In this document: positions 1-10,529 of the stretch, piece by piece
Layout: the number at the start of each line of letters is the position of its first letter
Position numbering within the stretch: the first letter of the stretch is position 1
Source of the DNA: Candidatus Marinacidobacterales bacterium
GTDB lineage: Bacteria; Acidobacteriota; Vicinamibacteria; Marinacidobacterales; SMYC01
NCBI GenBank assembly: GCA_965237955.1
Contig: OZ250169.1
Location: forward strand, 1,984,001-2,048,000
Direction: 5' to 3'
Length of the DNA stretch: 64,000 nucleotides
The notes under the pieces: generated by a model
What the model was told of the DNA's origin: nothing
Databases searched by the model: none
Seen by the model: only the letters and a program-made list of their open reading frames with translations
Program-made: the position numbers and the translations under genes

Positions 1-903
1 GTTCAGGCCGCACGTGAGCGTGGTGAGGCGATGGACCATCTGCTCACCTACGGACCTCCCGGGCTCGGTAAAACGACGCTCGCGCACGTGGTGGCGAACG
101 AGCTCGGGGTGAATATCACCACGACCGCGGGACCGCTCATCGAAAAATCCGGAGACCTGGTCGCGCTCCTCACCAATCTCGAAGAGCGGGACGTTCTTTT
201 TATCGACGAGATCCACCGGCTCCACCCTTCCATCGAGGAGGTCCTCTATCCGGCGATGGAGGATTTCCGGCTCGACATCATTATTGGACAAGGGCCGTCG
301 GCGAAATCCGTCAAGATCCCGGTGTCTCAGTTCACGCTGATCGGCGCGACCACGCGCGCCGGCCTGCTCACGTCACCTCTCCGCTCACGCTTCGGCATCG
401 TGCATCGTCTCGACTTCTACACGGTGGAGGATCTGACCTCCGTCATCGAACGCTCTGCGTCGATCCTCGGCGTTCCCGTCGACAACGCCGCATCGGTTTC
501 GATGGCCAAGCGCTCCCGGGGAACACCGCGCATCGCCAATCGTCTGCTGCGCCGCGTGCGGGACTACGCACAAGTCAAAGCGGACGGAACCATCACCGCC
601 CCAGTAGCCGCCGACGCACTCACCCTTCTCGAGGTCGACGAGATGGGTTTCGATGAAATGGATCGCAGCATCCTGCACACGCTCATGGACAAGTTCTCTG
701 GAGCACCCGTCGGGCTTTCGACCGTCGCCGCCGTCGTCGGCGAAGAGCCCGACACCATCGAGGACATCTACGAGCCGTACCTGATCCAGATTGGATTCCT
801 CGATCGCACGCCGCGAGGCCGCATTGCTACCGAGCGCGCCTACCGTCACTTCGGGCTGACGCCCACCGAGCGACAAAAAGACCCGCAAAAACGTCTGTTT
901 TGA
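1..903 (+). CDS. ruvB: Holliday junction branch migration ATPase RuvB (5' end outside window)
   Basis: Walker [47 protein letters not shown]; frame open from base 1. Confidence 0.97.
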   Translation, partial: VQAARERGEAMDHLLTYGPPGLGKTTLAHVVANELGVNITTTAGPLIEKSGDLVALLTNLEERDVLFIDEIHRLHPSIEEVLYPAMEDFRLDIIIGQGPSAKSVKIPVSQFTLIGATTRAGLLTSPLRSRFGIVHRLDFYTVEDLTSVIERSASILGVPVDNAASVSMAKRSRGTPRIANRLLRRVRDYAQVKADGTITAPVAADALTLLEVDEMGFDEMDRSILHTLMDKFSGAPVGLSTVAAVVGEEPDTIEDIYEPYLIQIGFLDRTPRGRIATERAYRHFGLTPTERQKDPQKRLF

Positions 904-1913
904 AACTGTCCGCGTTCGACTACGAGCTCCCGGGAAAGCTCATCGCGCAGGAACCCTTGTCGGTGCGCGATCAATCCCGCCTGCTGTGCATCGGGAAGGG
1001 TGGGGGGCTCGCTGGGGCCATTCACCATCGTCGCTTCGACGCGTTGCCGGATCTGCTCGAGCCAGGCGATCTTCTGGTGCTGAACGACACGAAGGTGTTT
1101 CCGGCTCGACTCCTTGGCAACCGCGCGACGGGGGGCGCGGTGGAGCTTCTGCTCCTCGAAAATCTCGATGACGACACGTGGCGGGTTTTGGGAAAGCCCA
1201 CCAAAAAACTTCGCGTGGGCGCCGAGCTCACGTTCGGCGAGGGAAAACTCAAAGGCGAGGTCGTCGACCAAAAGACGCTATCGGTACGCTTCGACTACGA
1301 CGGTGATTGGGATGAGGTCGTCGACACCCTCGGTAGGACACCGCTGCCTCCTTACATTCGTCCAACGGACGATGAGCTCGAGACCCGCGAGCGTTACCAA
1401 ACGGTATACGCCACAACGCGGGGCTCGATTGCCGCGCCGACCGCAGGTCTGCACTTCACTGACGCCCTTTTCGATGCGCTGAAGCGTCGCGGCGTCGGCG
1501 TCGCCACGATCACGCTTCACGTGGGGTACGCCACGTTCGAGCCCGTGCGCACCGAAGAGGTGTCCGAGCACCGGATGGGCATCGAGCGCTTCGAAGTGCC
1601 ACGGGAGACCCTCGAGCGTATTCGCTCCAGCCGAACCGTGGTCGCCGTGGGAACGACGACCGTGCGCGCGCTCGAGTCTGCGGCCCGGCTCGACTTCGCG
1701 CCCGGATGGCACGCGAGCGATCTCTTCATCATTCCTGGGTTCGATTTCCGTGTCGTGGGCGGCCTGGTGACGAATTTCCATCTTCCCAAGAGCACGTTGC
1801 TGATGCTGGTGTCCGCGCTCGGCGGTGTGGAAAACGTGCGCGCCGCCTATCGTGAGGCCGTAGAGCAGAAGTACCGCTTTTATAGCTACGGCGACGCTAT
1901 GTTGATTCTATAA
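900..1913 (+). CDS. queA: S-adenosylmethionine:tRNA ribosyltransferase-isomerase
   Basis: [47 protein letters not shown]. Confidence 0.96.
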   Translation: MKLSAFDYELPGKLIAQEPLSVRDQSRLLCIGKGGGLAGAIHHRRFDALPDLLEPGDLLVLNDTKVFPARLLGNRATGGAVELLLLENLDDDTWRVLGKPTKKLRVGAELTFGEGKLKGEVVDQKTLSVRFDYDGDWDEVVDTLGRTPLPPYIRPTDDELETRERYQTVYATTRGSIAAPTAGLHFTDALFDALKRRGVGVATITLHVGYATFEPVRTEEVSEHRMGIERFEVPRETLERIRSSRTVVAVGTTTVRALESAARLDFAPGWHASDLFIIPGFDFRVVGGLVTNFHLPKSTLLMLVSALGGVENVRAAYREAVEQKYRFYSYGDAMLIL

Positions 1914-3100
1914 AGGGGACAGGTATACCTGTCCCTGAAGAATCCCCACGAAATCGTTGGCGGGAACTGGCAAGAAGCCAGTAGAGTTGAGCCACGGAGC
2001 GCGACGCAGCAACGACTCGATGCGTGGGCGATGGGCCACCGGCGGAGCACCGGGTTCATGGCTGTCGTGCGAGGGCGGTGTCTCAGGCGACTTTGTCCCG
2101 GCAAGCGCGAGCGTCGGCTGAGGTTCGCCGACTCGGTCGCCCGAGCGCCGGTGCCGGTCCATCTTCTTCTTGCCGTAATCAAGCTCAGCCATGTAAGCGT
2201 TGTGAGCCGGACACGCCAGTCGTACGTTGTCCACGCTTCGATCCCAGCTAACGCGTAGGGCTCGTCGTGGTGGAACTCGAGCCGGTGGCGCTCCGGGCAG
2301 CGTTTGCCCTGGGCGCTGATGAACGTACATTGACCCCCATCGCGCTTCCAGACGGCGCGTTTCACCGCGGCGGAGATGCCGCGCACGCCCGGTGATGTGT
2401 CGGCGTCTTCGAGTTTTTTTCTCGGCTTGTTCGTCTTGCCATACCGTTTGGCTTCGAGACGCTCGAGTTTGTCGCGGAGCTCCTCGCTCGCCGTGAAAGC
2501 CACTTTGTAGCGCGCGGGTGACAACGGTTTGACTGTTGCCGGCTTCTCAGGGGTTGCCGAAGGCTCTTCCTTCGCTACCCGAGCCTTTTGTTCAACTGTG
2601 TCCGGACACAGTTGCGTCGACAAGTGCGATTTCAATGGCTCGGAGTTGGCTTTCCGTTGCGGCCGCTTTCGAATCGTCGGACGAACATCAGGCTTCGGCG
2701 CCAACTCGGCCACGAGCTCTTCGATCTCACGCTTAGTCCTGTGAGTGGCTCGATCCAAAACGTTTTCGTAGTTGGCGTCCGTTAGATGCTTTTTCAATAC
2801 CGAGATACCGGCCAAGTGAATGCGTCCATCCTCGAGCATTTTTAGGAGCACAGGATAGCTGCGGGAGAGACGAGCCGCCGCGATGCGTCGATAGGCTTCC
2901 GACTCTGACAAATGCAACACGTCAAGGCAGTATTGAAACATCGACGGCGACCCTTCACGCGCATAGAGTCGCCGCGCATCGACTTCGGCAATGTGTGCGA
3001 CAAGAACCCACTCCACTCGTCGCGACTGCGCCAACACATTGGACAAACAACGAAGCAACTCGTCGTCGGAAAGTGATTTCAAATCGTCTTTGTCGTTCAT
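1908..3100 (-). pseudogene. DUF222-like / HNH endonuclease protein, frameshifted within the HNH motif (~2245)
   Basis: N-term LVAHIAEVDARRLY..S.F.YC..LHLSE.EAYRRI; C-term VWKRDGGQCTF...C..RHRLEFHH continues in another frame as NVRLACPAHN. Confidence 0.8.
2593..2614. repeat. Perfect 22-bp palindrome CAACTGTGTCCGGACACAGTTG in the HNH gene linker
   Basis: Self-complementary; one-mismatch copy at 6429-6450. Confidence 0.9.
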
Positions 3101-3292
3101 TTGTTTCTTATAGCATGGACTTTTTCATCGCTTGCACTTTGCGTGTGCGAAGCGACAAGACATCAACCCTCTTTCAAAGTCTCGACGATGAAGACAGGGC
3201 GACTAGCGTTTCTCTAACGCACGCACAGACGCACTACAGAGCGCACCCACCCTTTTTACCAAAGTGCTTCCAAAAGGCTGTCAACTAAATAA

Positions 3293-5008
3293 GGTTCTCC
3301 TGTCGTTTCGGGGGATCTGATTTGTGTTGGAGGGCATGGCCTATGGACGCTGCCGCGATTGTGGAAAACGCCGGAAACTCCGGGCGAGAGAGGCGTTTAG
3401 GGAAAGGTTGTGAGCACGTACAAACGTGGAGCGGCGTTTTCCACAATCGCTTGGAAAACGCTTCGCGTTTCCCACGAGCGCCCACAGGCCCCTCCTGATA
3501 TATATACAAGAAAGATTAATTCATATGGAATAAGGAAGGGGGGGCTCGATTAGTGGAGGCTATGGAAAACGCCCTTCCAGGCTTCGAAGAGAACTCAGTC
3601 GTGAGCAAGGTCTGAACGACCAGAACCGTGGGGGCGTTTCCCACAGCCTTGTCTCCCGCTGAGGGGCAGTGGCATTTGGTGAGGCCCGTGGGTTGAGAGG
3701 GTAAGCCATGTGTAGATGCGCATCGGCGAGAACGCTAGAATCTTTTTTTCCGAAAGAGAAAAGAGCGTTCCCGCGATGCGCGTTACTACGTTAGTCAACA
3801 AGCTCATCGGATTGCAAGGCCTGTGGGTCCGAGGTTTCCACTTCCAGGCGGACAAAGCCAGAGTGGTGGTGGATGTAGTACCACGGAGGAGGAAGCCTCT
3901 GTGCGGGATTTGCGGACGAAAGGTCCGCAAGAACAAAGATCGCTACAATCGCTACTGGCGGCACTTGGACCTGTTCGGAGTCCGGACCTATCTTCGCTAC
4001 TCGATCCGACGAGTGGTATGTCGGCGGTGTGGAGTGGTCAGAGAAAAGGTGCCTTGGGCAGACAAGGGAAGCCGCTTTACCAAAAGCTTCGAACAAGAGG
4101 TAGCGTGGCTGGCACAGAGGACGGACGTCAGCGCCGTAGCGAACTATTTCCGAGTGACGTGGCGTTCGGTGCGACGGATCATCCAGCGAGTGGTTGCCGA
4201 GCAGCGGGATGAGCGGCGCGAGCTCGATGGATTGCGGGTGATTGGGATGGACGAGATCAGCTACCGCAAACGCCACAAGTACTTAACAGTGGTAATAGAC
4301 CATCTCAGCGGCCGGGTCGTCTGGGCGGGAAAGGAGCGCAAGGCCAAGACGCTGCTGCGGTTTTTCCGCAAGCTCGGACCACAAAGAGCCGCGGAGCTCG
4401 AAGCGGTCAGCATGGACATGTGGGAGCCGTACATAACTGTCGTCGGCAAAAAGGCTCCTCAGGCACGGGTGATCTTTGACCGCTTCCACATCGTCAAGCA
4501 TCTGAACGAGGCCGTGGATAAGACCCGGCGCGAGCTGGTGCGCGAGCTCAAAGGGACTGCCCGGCGCAACCTCAAGAACACCAAGTTTCCCCTTCTCAAG
4601 GCCAAACACAACCGCAGCGCGAAAGACAAACGGGTGCTCCGCGAGCAGGTGCGAGCTAATCGTCGCCTCTACCGCGCCATGCTTCTGCGCGACGACTTCA
4701 TGGACCTCTACACCTACAAAACCGAGACATGGGCCAAGAAGTTTCTCCGAGGATGGCTGCGGCGCGCTATGAGCTCGAGGATAGAGCCCGTCAAACGCGC
4801 GGCGAAGATGAGCAGCCACTTCGATGGCGTCATCGCGTGGGTCACGTGGAGACTCAGCAACGGCCGACTCGAAGGAATGAACAACAAAATCCGGCTGCTG
4901 AGCCACCGCAGCTTTGGACTCCACTCTGCCGAAGCTCTCATCAGTCTCGTCTACCTAAACTGTGGCGGTCTCACCCTCGAGAGGATCCACTGAAATGGCA
5001 GGAGAGGC
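3293..5008 (+). mobile_element. ISL3-family insertion sequence
   Basis: Imperfect IRs GGTTCTCCTGTCGTTTC / GAAATGGCAGGAGAGGC; 8-bp TSD CTAAATAA at 3285-3292 and 5009-5016. Confidence 0.9.
3776..4993 (+). CDS. ISL3-family transposase
   Basis: Zn finger CGIC/CRRC, IGMDEISYRKRHKY, SMDMWEPY, FDRFHIVK, SNGRLEGMNNKI. Confidence 0.93.
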   Translation: MRVTTLVNKLIGLQGLWVRGFHFQADKARVVVDVVPRRRKPLCGICGRKVRKNKDRYNRYWRHLDLFGVRTYLRYSIRRVVCRRCGVVREKVPWADKGSRFTKSFEQEVAWLAQRTDVSAVANYFRVTWRSVRRIIQRVVAEQRDERRELDGLRVIGMDEISYRKRHKYLTVVIDHLSGRVVWAGKERKAKTLLRFFRKLGPQRAAELEAVSMDMWEPYITVVGKKAPQARVIFDRFHIVKHLNEAVDKTRRELVRELKGTARRNLKNTKFPLLKAKHNRSAKDKRVLREQVRANRRLYRAMLLRDDFMDLYTYKTETWAKKFLRGWLRRAMSSRIEPVKRAAKMSSHFDGVIAWVTWRLSNGRLEGMNNKIRLLSHRSFGLHSAEALISLVYLNCGGLTLERIH

Positions 5009-5017
5009 CTAAATAAT

Positions 5018-6390
5018 TGGTCCGGACCGGGTACATTGGTGACAAAACAGACCGGCGACATGGGTGACAATCCCTTTACCAGGGAGGTGGCCGATGCCGT
5101 GGGACGAGACGAATTGCATGAATGAACGAGTGAGATTCATCGCTACGCGCCTTGAAGCTGGGGAGCCGTTCAGTGCCCTGTGCGAACGGTTTGGGGTGAG
5201 CCGAAAGACTGGCTACAAGTGGGTCGAACGTTACGAGTTGGATGGGGTCGCAGGTCTGGAAGAGCGTTCTCGCGCCCCTTTGTCGCATCCTCACGCTGTC
5301 GCGGACGACGTGGTGGAAAAGATTCTGAGAGCCCGGAAGAAACACCCGCGTTGGGGACCGCGCAAGTTGCGTGTCATCCTGCAACGGCACTATCCGCAGC
5401 TCGCGCTGCCGGCGACGAGCACGATCGGAGAGGTTCTGCGTAAGAATGGGCTCATCCAGAAGCGGCGGCGGATACGCCGAAGCTCTCCGTATGGCGATCG
5501 TCTGGGCGACTACGGGAGCCCCAATGCGGTGTGGTGTGCCGACTTCAAGGGACATTTTCCGGTTGCAGGGGAGCGTTGTCACCCCTTGACCGTGAGCGAC
5601 GGATGCAGTCGCTATTTATTTGCCTGTCAGGGTCTTCACCGGCCATTGTTCAAGCCGACACGGAAGATATTCGAATCGGTATTTCGAGCATACGGTCTGC
5701 CGGACGCGATTCGAACCGACAACGGAGCGCCGTTCTCGACTCTTGCGCCAGGAGGACTGTCCAGACTTGCTGTTTGGTGGATTCGTCTCGGAATCCGTCC
5801 TGAGCGGATTCAGCCCGGCCGACCCGATCAAAACGGAAGACATGAACGGATGCACAGCACCTTGAAGTCAGAGACGGCTAAACCGCCCCGAGCGAGCTTT
5901 CGAGCACAGCAACGGGCATTCGATCGGTTCCGGGAGGAATACAACGAAATCCGCCCGCATGAGGCACTTGGTCAGGAGGTTCCTGCATCTCGCTATCAGC
6001 CCTCGAACCGCCCCTACCCTCGTCAGCTCCCGCAAATCGAATACCCGGAGCACTTCTACGTCGCTCAAACCTATCCCAACGGAATGATCTCTTTTGAGTC
6101 CAAGCAGTGGTACATAAGCAGCTGTCTAAAGTCAGAGCGCGTCGGTCTCGAGCAAGTCGATGACGACCGGTGGAAGGTTCACTTCGGTCCCGTCCCTCTC
6201 GGGATTCTCGATGTTCGAAACGCCAGGGACCGTGGATATCGCGCCTTTGGGCTTCTAGTTTCTCCCGAACGACGAAGCAAGAGGCCATACAAAAGACGAG
6301 GCCCGAAATGATCTCGAAGAGAATCCACGACACCGCAAACTGTTACCTATGTGCCCGGTCTGTTTCGTTACCGATGTAGGCGGTTGCACA
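5018..6390 (+). mobile_element. IS481-family insertion sequence
   Basis: ~50-bp imperfect IRs (TACATTGGTGACAAAACAGACCGG / CCGGTCTGTTTCGTTACCGATGTA..ACA) around the transposase; left tip approximate, no TSD identified. Confidence 0.82.
5094..6311 (+). CDS. IS481-family transposase
   Basis: MPW.E..M.ERVRF, HTH GVSRKTGYKW, WCADFKG, IRTDNGAPF, QNGRHERMHSTLK. Confidence 0.93.
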   Translation: MPWDETNCMNERVRFIATRLEAGEPFSALCERFGVSRKTGYKWVERYELDGVAGLEERSRAPLSHPHAVADDVVEKILRARKKHPRWGPRKLRVILQRHYPQLALPATSTIGEVLRKNGLIQKRRRIRRSSPYGDRLGDYGSPNAVWCADFKGHFPVAGERCHPLTVSDGCSRYLFACQGLHRPLFKPTRKIFESVFRAYGLPDAIRTDNGAPFSTLAPGGLSRLAVWWIRLGIRPERIQPGRPDQNGRHERMHSTLKSETAKPPRASFRAQQRAFDRFREEYNEIRPHEALGQEVPASRYQPSNRPYPRQLPQIEYPEHFYVAQTYPNGMISFESKQWYISSCLKSERVGLEQVDDDRWKVHFGPVPLGILDVRNARDRGYRAFGLLVSPERRSKRPYKRRGPK

Positions 6391-6428
6391 ATTCGTTTTG
6401 TTCTACTTTTTTTCTGGAGCGTTCACAC

Positions 6429-6530
6429 CAACTGTGCCCGGACACAGTTGCCCAAAGCACGACGGCCCAACCCGCGCCCGAACCTGGTGCCTGGAGCTCC
6501 CGTCCGCCCATCGCCCACTTATCGAATCAC
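6429..6530 (+). repeat. Palindrome-initiated ~100-bp segment, inverted imperfect copy of ~2010-2105
   Basis: Shared ordered blocks GGACAmAGTyGCC, GCACGACrGCC, GAACCyGGTGC, GCCCATCGCCCAC, ATCGArTC. Confidence 0.75.
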
Positions 6531-6597
6531 AACGGCGCGCGGCGCGAGGTACTGGCAGCCGCCATACCGAAAAGCCCGCCGATATATAATCCCGTTC

Positions 6598-7170
6598 GTG
6601 GATCGAGACTCGCTGTTATCCGCAGTCGAGGACAGCGTTGCCCTGAAGCAGTCGTTCTTCGACCAAGAGGCGGATACGGTTTTGAAAGCAGGCGCGCTTC
6701 TCGCGGATGCGCTGCGAGCGGGTAGGAAAGTGCTCGTTTTCGGCAACGGGGGAAGTGCGGCCGATGCGCAACATTTTTCCGCGGAGCTCGTGAACCGCTT
6801 CAGAGACGATCGGCCCGCCCTCGCCGCCATCGCGTTGACGACGGATTCGTCGATCCTGACGAGCGTCGCGAACGACAGTCACTACCACGACATCTTCAGC
6901 CGTCAAATCGAGGCCCTTGGCGCCGAAGGCGACGTCGCCCTCGCGATCAGCACGAGCGGTAACTCCCCGAACGTGTTGAAGGCGGTTTCGGTATCGCGAA
7001 CCAAGCGGTTGAGAACGATCGGTCTCGCCGGCCGGGACGGAGGCGAGCTCGCTTCGTCGGTCGAGCTCTGTCTCACGGTTCCGCACCAGGAGACCGCACG
7101 CATTCAGGAAGTGCACGGCATGCTCGTGCATTTTTTCTGTCAAATGATCGAGGACGAGCTTTTCCCATAG
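6598..7170 (+). CDS. gmhA: D-sedoheptulose 7-phosphate isomerase (SIS domain)
   Basis: GNGGSAADAQHFSAELVNRF, ISTSGNSPNV, ARIQEVH; GTG start at 6598. Confidence 0.93.
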   Translation: MDRDSLLSAVEDSVALKQSFFDQEADTVLKAGALLADALRAGRKVLVFGNGGSAADAQHFSAELVNRFRDDRPALAAIALTTDSSILTSVANDSHYHDIFSRQIEALGAEGDVALAISTSGNSPNVLKAVSVSRTKRLRTIGLAGRDGGELASSVELCLTVPHQETARIQEVHGMLVHFFCQMIEDELFP

Positions 7171-8129
7171 TGGCCGTCATGCCGTCGAAATATTCCATCC
7201 AGCCGCTCGAGCTCGACGGTCTCGACACGTACCCACTGGCCTCGCGCGCAAGCAAAGTGGGTCGGGAGCAGCTCGGGAAGGCTCCCGCGCCGGGCGCGAG
7301 CTTCAGCGATTTCTGGAATGGCCTTCCGGACATTCTTGCGGCCAAGGCTCTCCGCGAGCTGGTGCAACGGATGCAGGAGGCACGTTCGCGTGAGCGCGCG
7401 ATCGTGTGGGGTCTCGGCGCCCACGTGATCAAAGTCGGGCTGTCGCCGCTCCTGGTCGAGCTCATGGACAGAGGATTCGTTTCCGGGCTCGCGCTCAACG
7501 GTGCGGGCATCATCCACGACTTCGAGCTCGCGATGGTCGGTCAGACGTCGGAGGAAGTGGCCGATGGTCTCGGAGAAGGCAAGTTCGGTATGGCCGAGGA
7601 GACGGCAACGTTACTGAACGAAGCGATCAAGAGTGGCGCCGTGAACGACATCGGGCTCGGCGAAGCGGTGGGGGCGCTTCTCGACGGGGAAGACCCGCCT
7701 CATAAACAGATCAGTCTTCTCTGGAACGCGTATCGGCTTTCGATCCCGGTCACGGTCCACGTGGCGGTCGGCACCGACATCATCCACATGCACCCGCAAG
7801 CGTCGGGCGAGGCGATCGGTCAAACGAGCCTGCACGACTTCAAACTGTTCGCGAGTGTGGTACGTAGTCTGAACGATGGCGGGGTTTATCTCAACGTCGG
7901 CTCCGCGGTGCTGTTGCCGGAAGTCTTCCTCAAGGCGGTGAGCGTCGTACGGAACCTCGGCCACCCGCTCACCGATTTTTCGACGGCCAACTTCGACTTC
8001 ATTCGGCACTATCGGCCGCGCGTGAATGTCGTCGAGCGGCCTGTGACCGGAAGCGGCAGAGGCTTCGAGTTCGTGGGCCACCACGAGCTGATGCTCCCGC
8101 TCTTGGCAGCGGCCCTAATAAGCTCTTGA
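7170..8129 (+). CDS. Conserved deoxyhypusine-synthase-like-fold protein (GSU2086-like)
   Basis: GAHVIKVGL, NGAGIIHDFELA, HVAVGTDIIHMHP, GSAVLLPEVFLKA, GHHELMLPLL. Confidence 0.7.
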   Translation: MAVMPSKYSIQPLELDGLDTYPLASRASKVGREQLGKAPAPGASFSDFWNGLPDILAAKALRELVQRMQEARSRERAIVWGLGAHVIKVGLSPLLVELMDRGFVSGLALNGAGIIHDFELAMVGQTSEEVADGLGEGKFGMAEETATLLNEAIKSGAVNDIGLGEAVGALLDGEDPPHKQISLLWNAYRLSIPVTVHVAVGTDIIHMHPQASGEAIGQTSLHDFKLFASVVRSLNDGGVYLNVGSAVLLPEVFLKAVSVVRNLGHPLTDFSTANFDFIRHYRPRVNVVERPVTGSGRGFEFVGHHELMLPLLAAALISS

Positions 8130-8137
8130 TCCGAACA

Positions 8138-8190
8138 CCCCTCTCCCGCGTGCGGGAGAGGGTGCCGGCCGCAGGCCGGCGGGTGAGGGG
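8138..8190. repeat. REP-like palindromic element between convergent genes
   Basis: CCCTCTCCCGC-GT-GCGGGAGAGGG, then GCCGGCC-GCA-GGCCGGC-GGGTGAGGGG. Confidence 0.75.
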
Positions 8191-8256
8191 TGCTCCAAAT
8201 AACTCGTGAGATCTCGAAGAGTCGATCGCCCGTTGCCACTAGCCACCCCCGGCCCT

Positions 8257-9300
8257 TCATGGCGTTTCTGCCTTGCTCTTTCGATCCCAGCGAAATCCGA
8301 GCTGGAACGCGAAGGTGAAATCCGTTGAGACGTCCGAGAGGTCTTCGACGAAGCGCCATTCGTACACGAATCGATCGGAATAGCGCCACCGGAGCCCGAG
8401 AGCGAGCTGCTGCGCTCCTTCATTGAAGATGGGTAGCTCGCTCTCGACGAAAGGCCGCACGTGGTCGAACTGCAAGTGAGCCGTCATCCGGGGTTTGAGC
8501 CTCAAGTCGAAGCCCACCATGAACGAGAAGAAATTCTTGACTCGAAAAGCGTCCGGTTGACCGAGGAAGTGAAAGTTGGCGTTCGTATAGAACGCCCAGC
8601 GATCGGTGATCCGGTCGAACGCCGCGCCGACGCCGACGTCGGTGGCACCGCTCCCGCTCAATGTCTCCGGATTCCCCGTGGGGAGCTTGAGGTCGCTTCG
8701 AACGGCGACAGCGTAGCGTTCTTTCTCGAAGAGCGTCTTTTTGAAATGAACTGTAATGTCGCCAACAGTGGTGAGGCTCTCGTCCCCCAGAAACGGTGTG
8801 CCTCCGTTGGTGATGAGCTCGTAGCGAGTCTGCCCGTTCTCGGTCTGACCGCGGAGGAAGTTAGGGAGGCCGAACAAATTGTGAAAGCCGCCCACGAATG
8901 GATCGAGAAAGCCACCGTAATAGATGTAGAAAGGGATCGAAACGCCGAGCTCCATTCGCTTTGGTAGCCCACGTTTGAGCTCGACCTGGGTTCTCAGATA
9001 TTCGAGGTCGAGGTAGAGGATCTCGTCGTCGGACTCCTGGGCGCTAATAATGTTGGAGTAGTCGAAGCTGACGTCGAGGGCGGTTCGTCCGTTGGCCAGC
9101 GACGACGCTTTGTCCGGCGCCAGCGACACGAAGAAAAGCGATACCGGAAACTGATTCCGGCTCGCGAGGGGGCGGCGCCAGCTGGTGTCGGTTGGCTCAC
9201 TCGGCTCCGACTCTTCGTCCGGGGCCTGAGCGAATACGAGCGCCCCTGAGATGAAAATCGCGAGCGTGGTTGTGCCGAGGACGTGTGGTTGAGTGCGCAT
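8257..9300 (-). CDS. Putative outer-membrane beta-barrel protein (DUF3187-like)
   Basis: Signal peptide; GGFLDPFVGGFHNLFGLP, LKLPTG...GSG..D; aromatic alternating C-terminus. Confidence 0.65.
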   Translation of the reverse strand: MRTQPHVLGTTTLAIFISGALVFAQAPDEESEPSEPTDTSWRRPLASRNQFPVSLFFVSLAPDKASSLANGRTALDVSFDYSNIISAQESDDEILYLDLEYLRTQVELKRGLPKRMELGVSIPFYIYYGGFLDPFVGGFHNLFGLPNFLRGQTENGQTRYELITNGGTPFLGDESLTTVGDITVHFKKTLFEKERYAVAVRSDLKLPTGNPETLSGSGATDVGVGAAFDRITDRWAFYTNANFHFLGQPDAFRVKNFFSFMVGFDLRLKPRMTAHLQFDHVRPFVESELPIFNEGAQQLALGLRWRYSDRFVYEWRFVEDLSDVSTDFTFAFQLGFRWDRKSKAETP

Positions 9301-9333
9301 GCGTGAGGGGTTTCGCGGTTCCTGGCTGCCACT

Positions 9334-9639
9334 ATGATATACCTCAAATCGGAGGTACGACGCATCGTGGAACGCAAATCTGTTGGAAGCGGAGTTTCAT
9401 GGGAAGAAACCTATGGGTATTCCCGTGCGGTTCGCGTCGGCGATCGGATTTGCGTTTCCGGAACGACGGCCACCGGTCCCGCCGGGCTTGTCGCACCCGG
9501 AGACGCGGCTGGCCAAGCTCGCTATGCTCTCGACAAGATCGAAGCGGCGATCGATACCCTCGGCGGTACGCTCGGCGACGTCGTTCGCACGCGCATTTTC
9601 GTGGCTCGCATCGACGATTGGAAAGGGAATTATAAATAA
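9334..9639 (+). pseudogene. RidA-family protein truncated by IS1595
   Basis: WEETYGYSRAVRVG...VSGTT...DVVRTRIFV, ends at AT-rich IS end ~9625. Confidence 0.85.
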
Positions 9640-10529
9640 TCCTTGACAAGCCTATGGGGTTAGTGTAGCATGTCTCCATCATGACGTACAAAGCCCCAGG
9701 GCGTGCCGACCGCGAAGGCCTGACGGTTGTTGAACTTATGGACATGTTCCCCAGCGAAGAGGCGGCGATCAAGTGGTTTGAAGAAGCCGTTTGGCACGGC
9801 GAGCGCAGCTGTAGCCACTGCGGGAGTCTGGCTACGAGCGAAGTGCCGAACCGAAAGCCGATGCCCTACTGGTGTCGGCTTTGCCGGAGCTACTTCAGCG
9901 TGCGGACTGGCACTCCGATCGCCAACTCTAACGTCCCGCTGCGCAAGTGGACCATCGCGATCTACCTCTGCCTCACGAGCCTCAAGAGCGTCTCGAGCAT
10001 GAAGCTGCATCGCGACATCGGCGTTTCACAGCCCACCGCGTGGTTCATGCTGCACCGCATTCGCGAAGCGTGGAGGTCGAACGGTGGGACGGCCTTCTCC
10101 GGCCCCGTCGAAGTGGACGAATCCTACTTCGGAGGCAAGCGCCGCAACATGAGCCTGTCGAAGCGCAAGGCGCTCACTGGCCGCGGCACCAAGGGCAAGA
10201 CCGCCGTCGTCGCCATGAAGGACCGGACGAGCAAGCAAGTCCGGGCCAAGGTGGTCGAGAGCACCGACCAGCCTACCCTCCAAGGCTTCGTGATTGAGAA
10301 TTCGGCCCCGGCCGCGAAGGTCTACACCGATGAAGCCTCAGCCTACGATGGGCTACCGAGGGACAGGGAAGCCGTCAAGCACTCAGTCGGCGAGTACGTG
10401 CGCCAGCAAGCTCATATCAACGGGGTCGAATCGTTCTGGGCCACCCTCAAGCGCGCACATAAGGGCGTCTTCCACAAGCTCAGCCCCAAGCACCTACAGC
10501 GCTACGTCAACGAGTTTGTCGCAAAGAAC
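9625..10529 (+). mobile_element. IS1595-family element, 3'-truncated by IS5 (transposase 9681-10529)
   Basis: Zn ribbon CSHC/CRLC, VEVDESYFGG, VYTDE, HINGVESFW, SPKHLQRYVNEF then IS5 IR. Confidence 0.88.
9643..9671 (+). promoter_or_regulatory. Sigma70-type promoter of IS1595 transposase
   Basis: TTGACA-17 bp-TAGCAT, 9 bp before ATG. Confidence 0.6.

Noticed and set aside
6349-6597. N-terminal extension of gmhA
   Set aside because: Read-through of the IS481 end and repeat DNA
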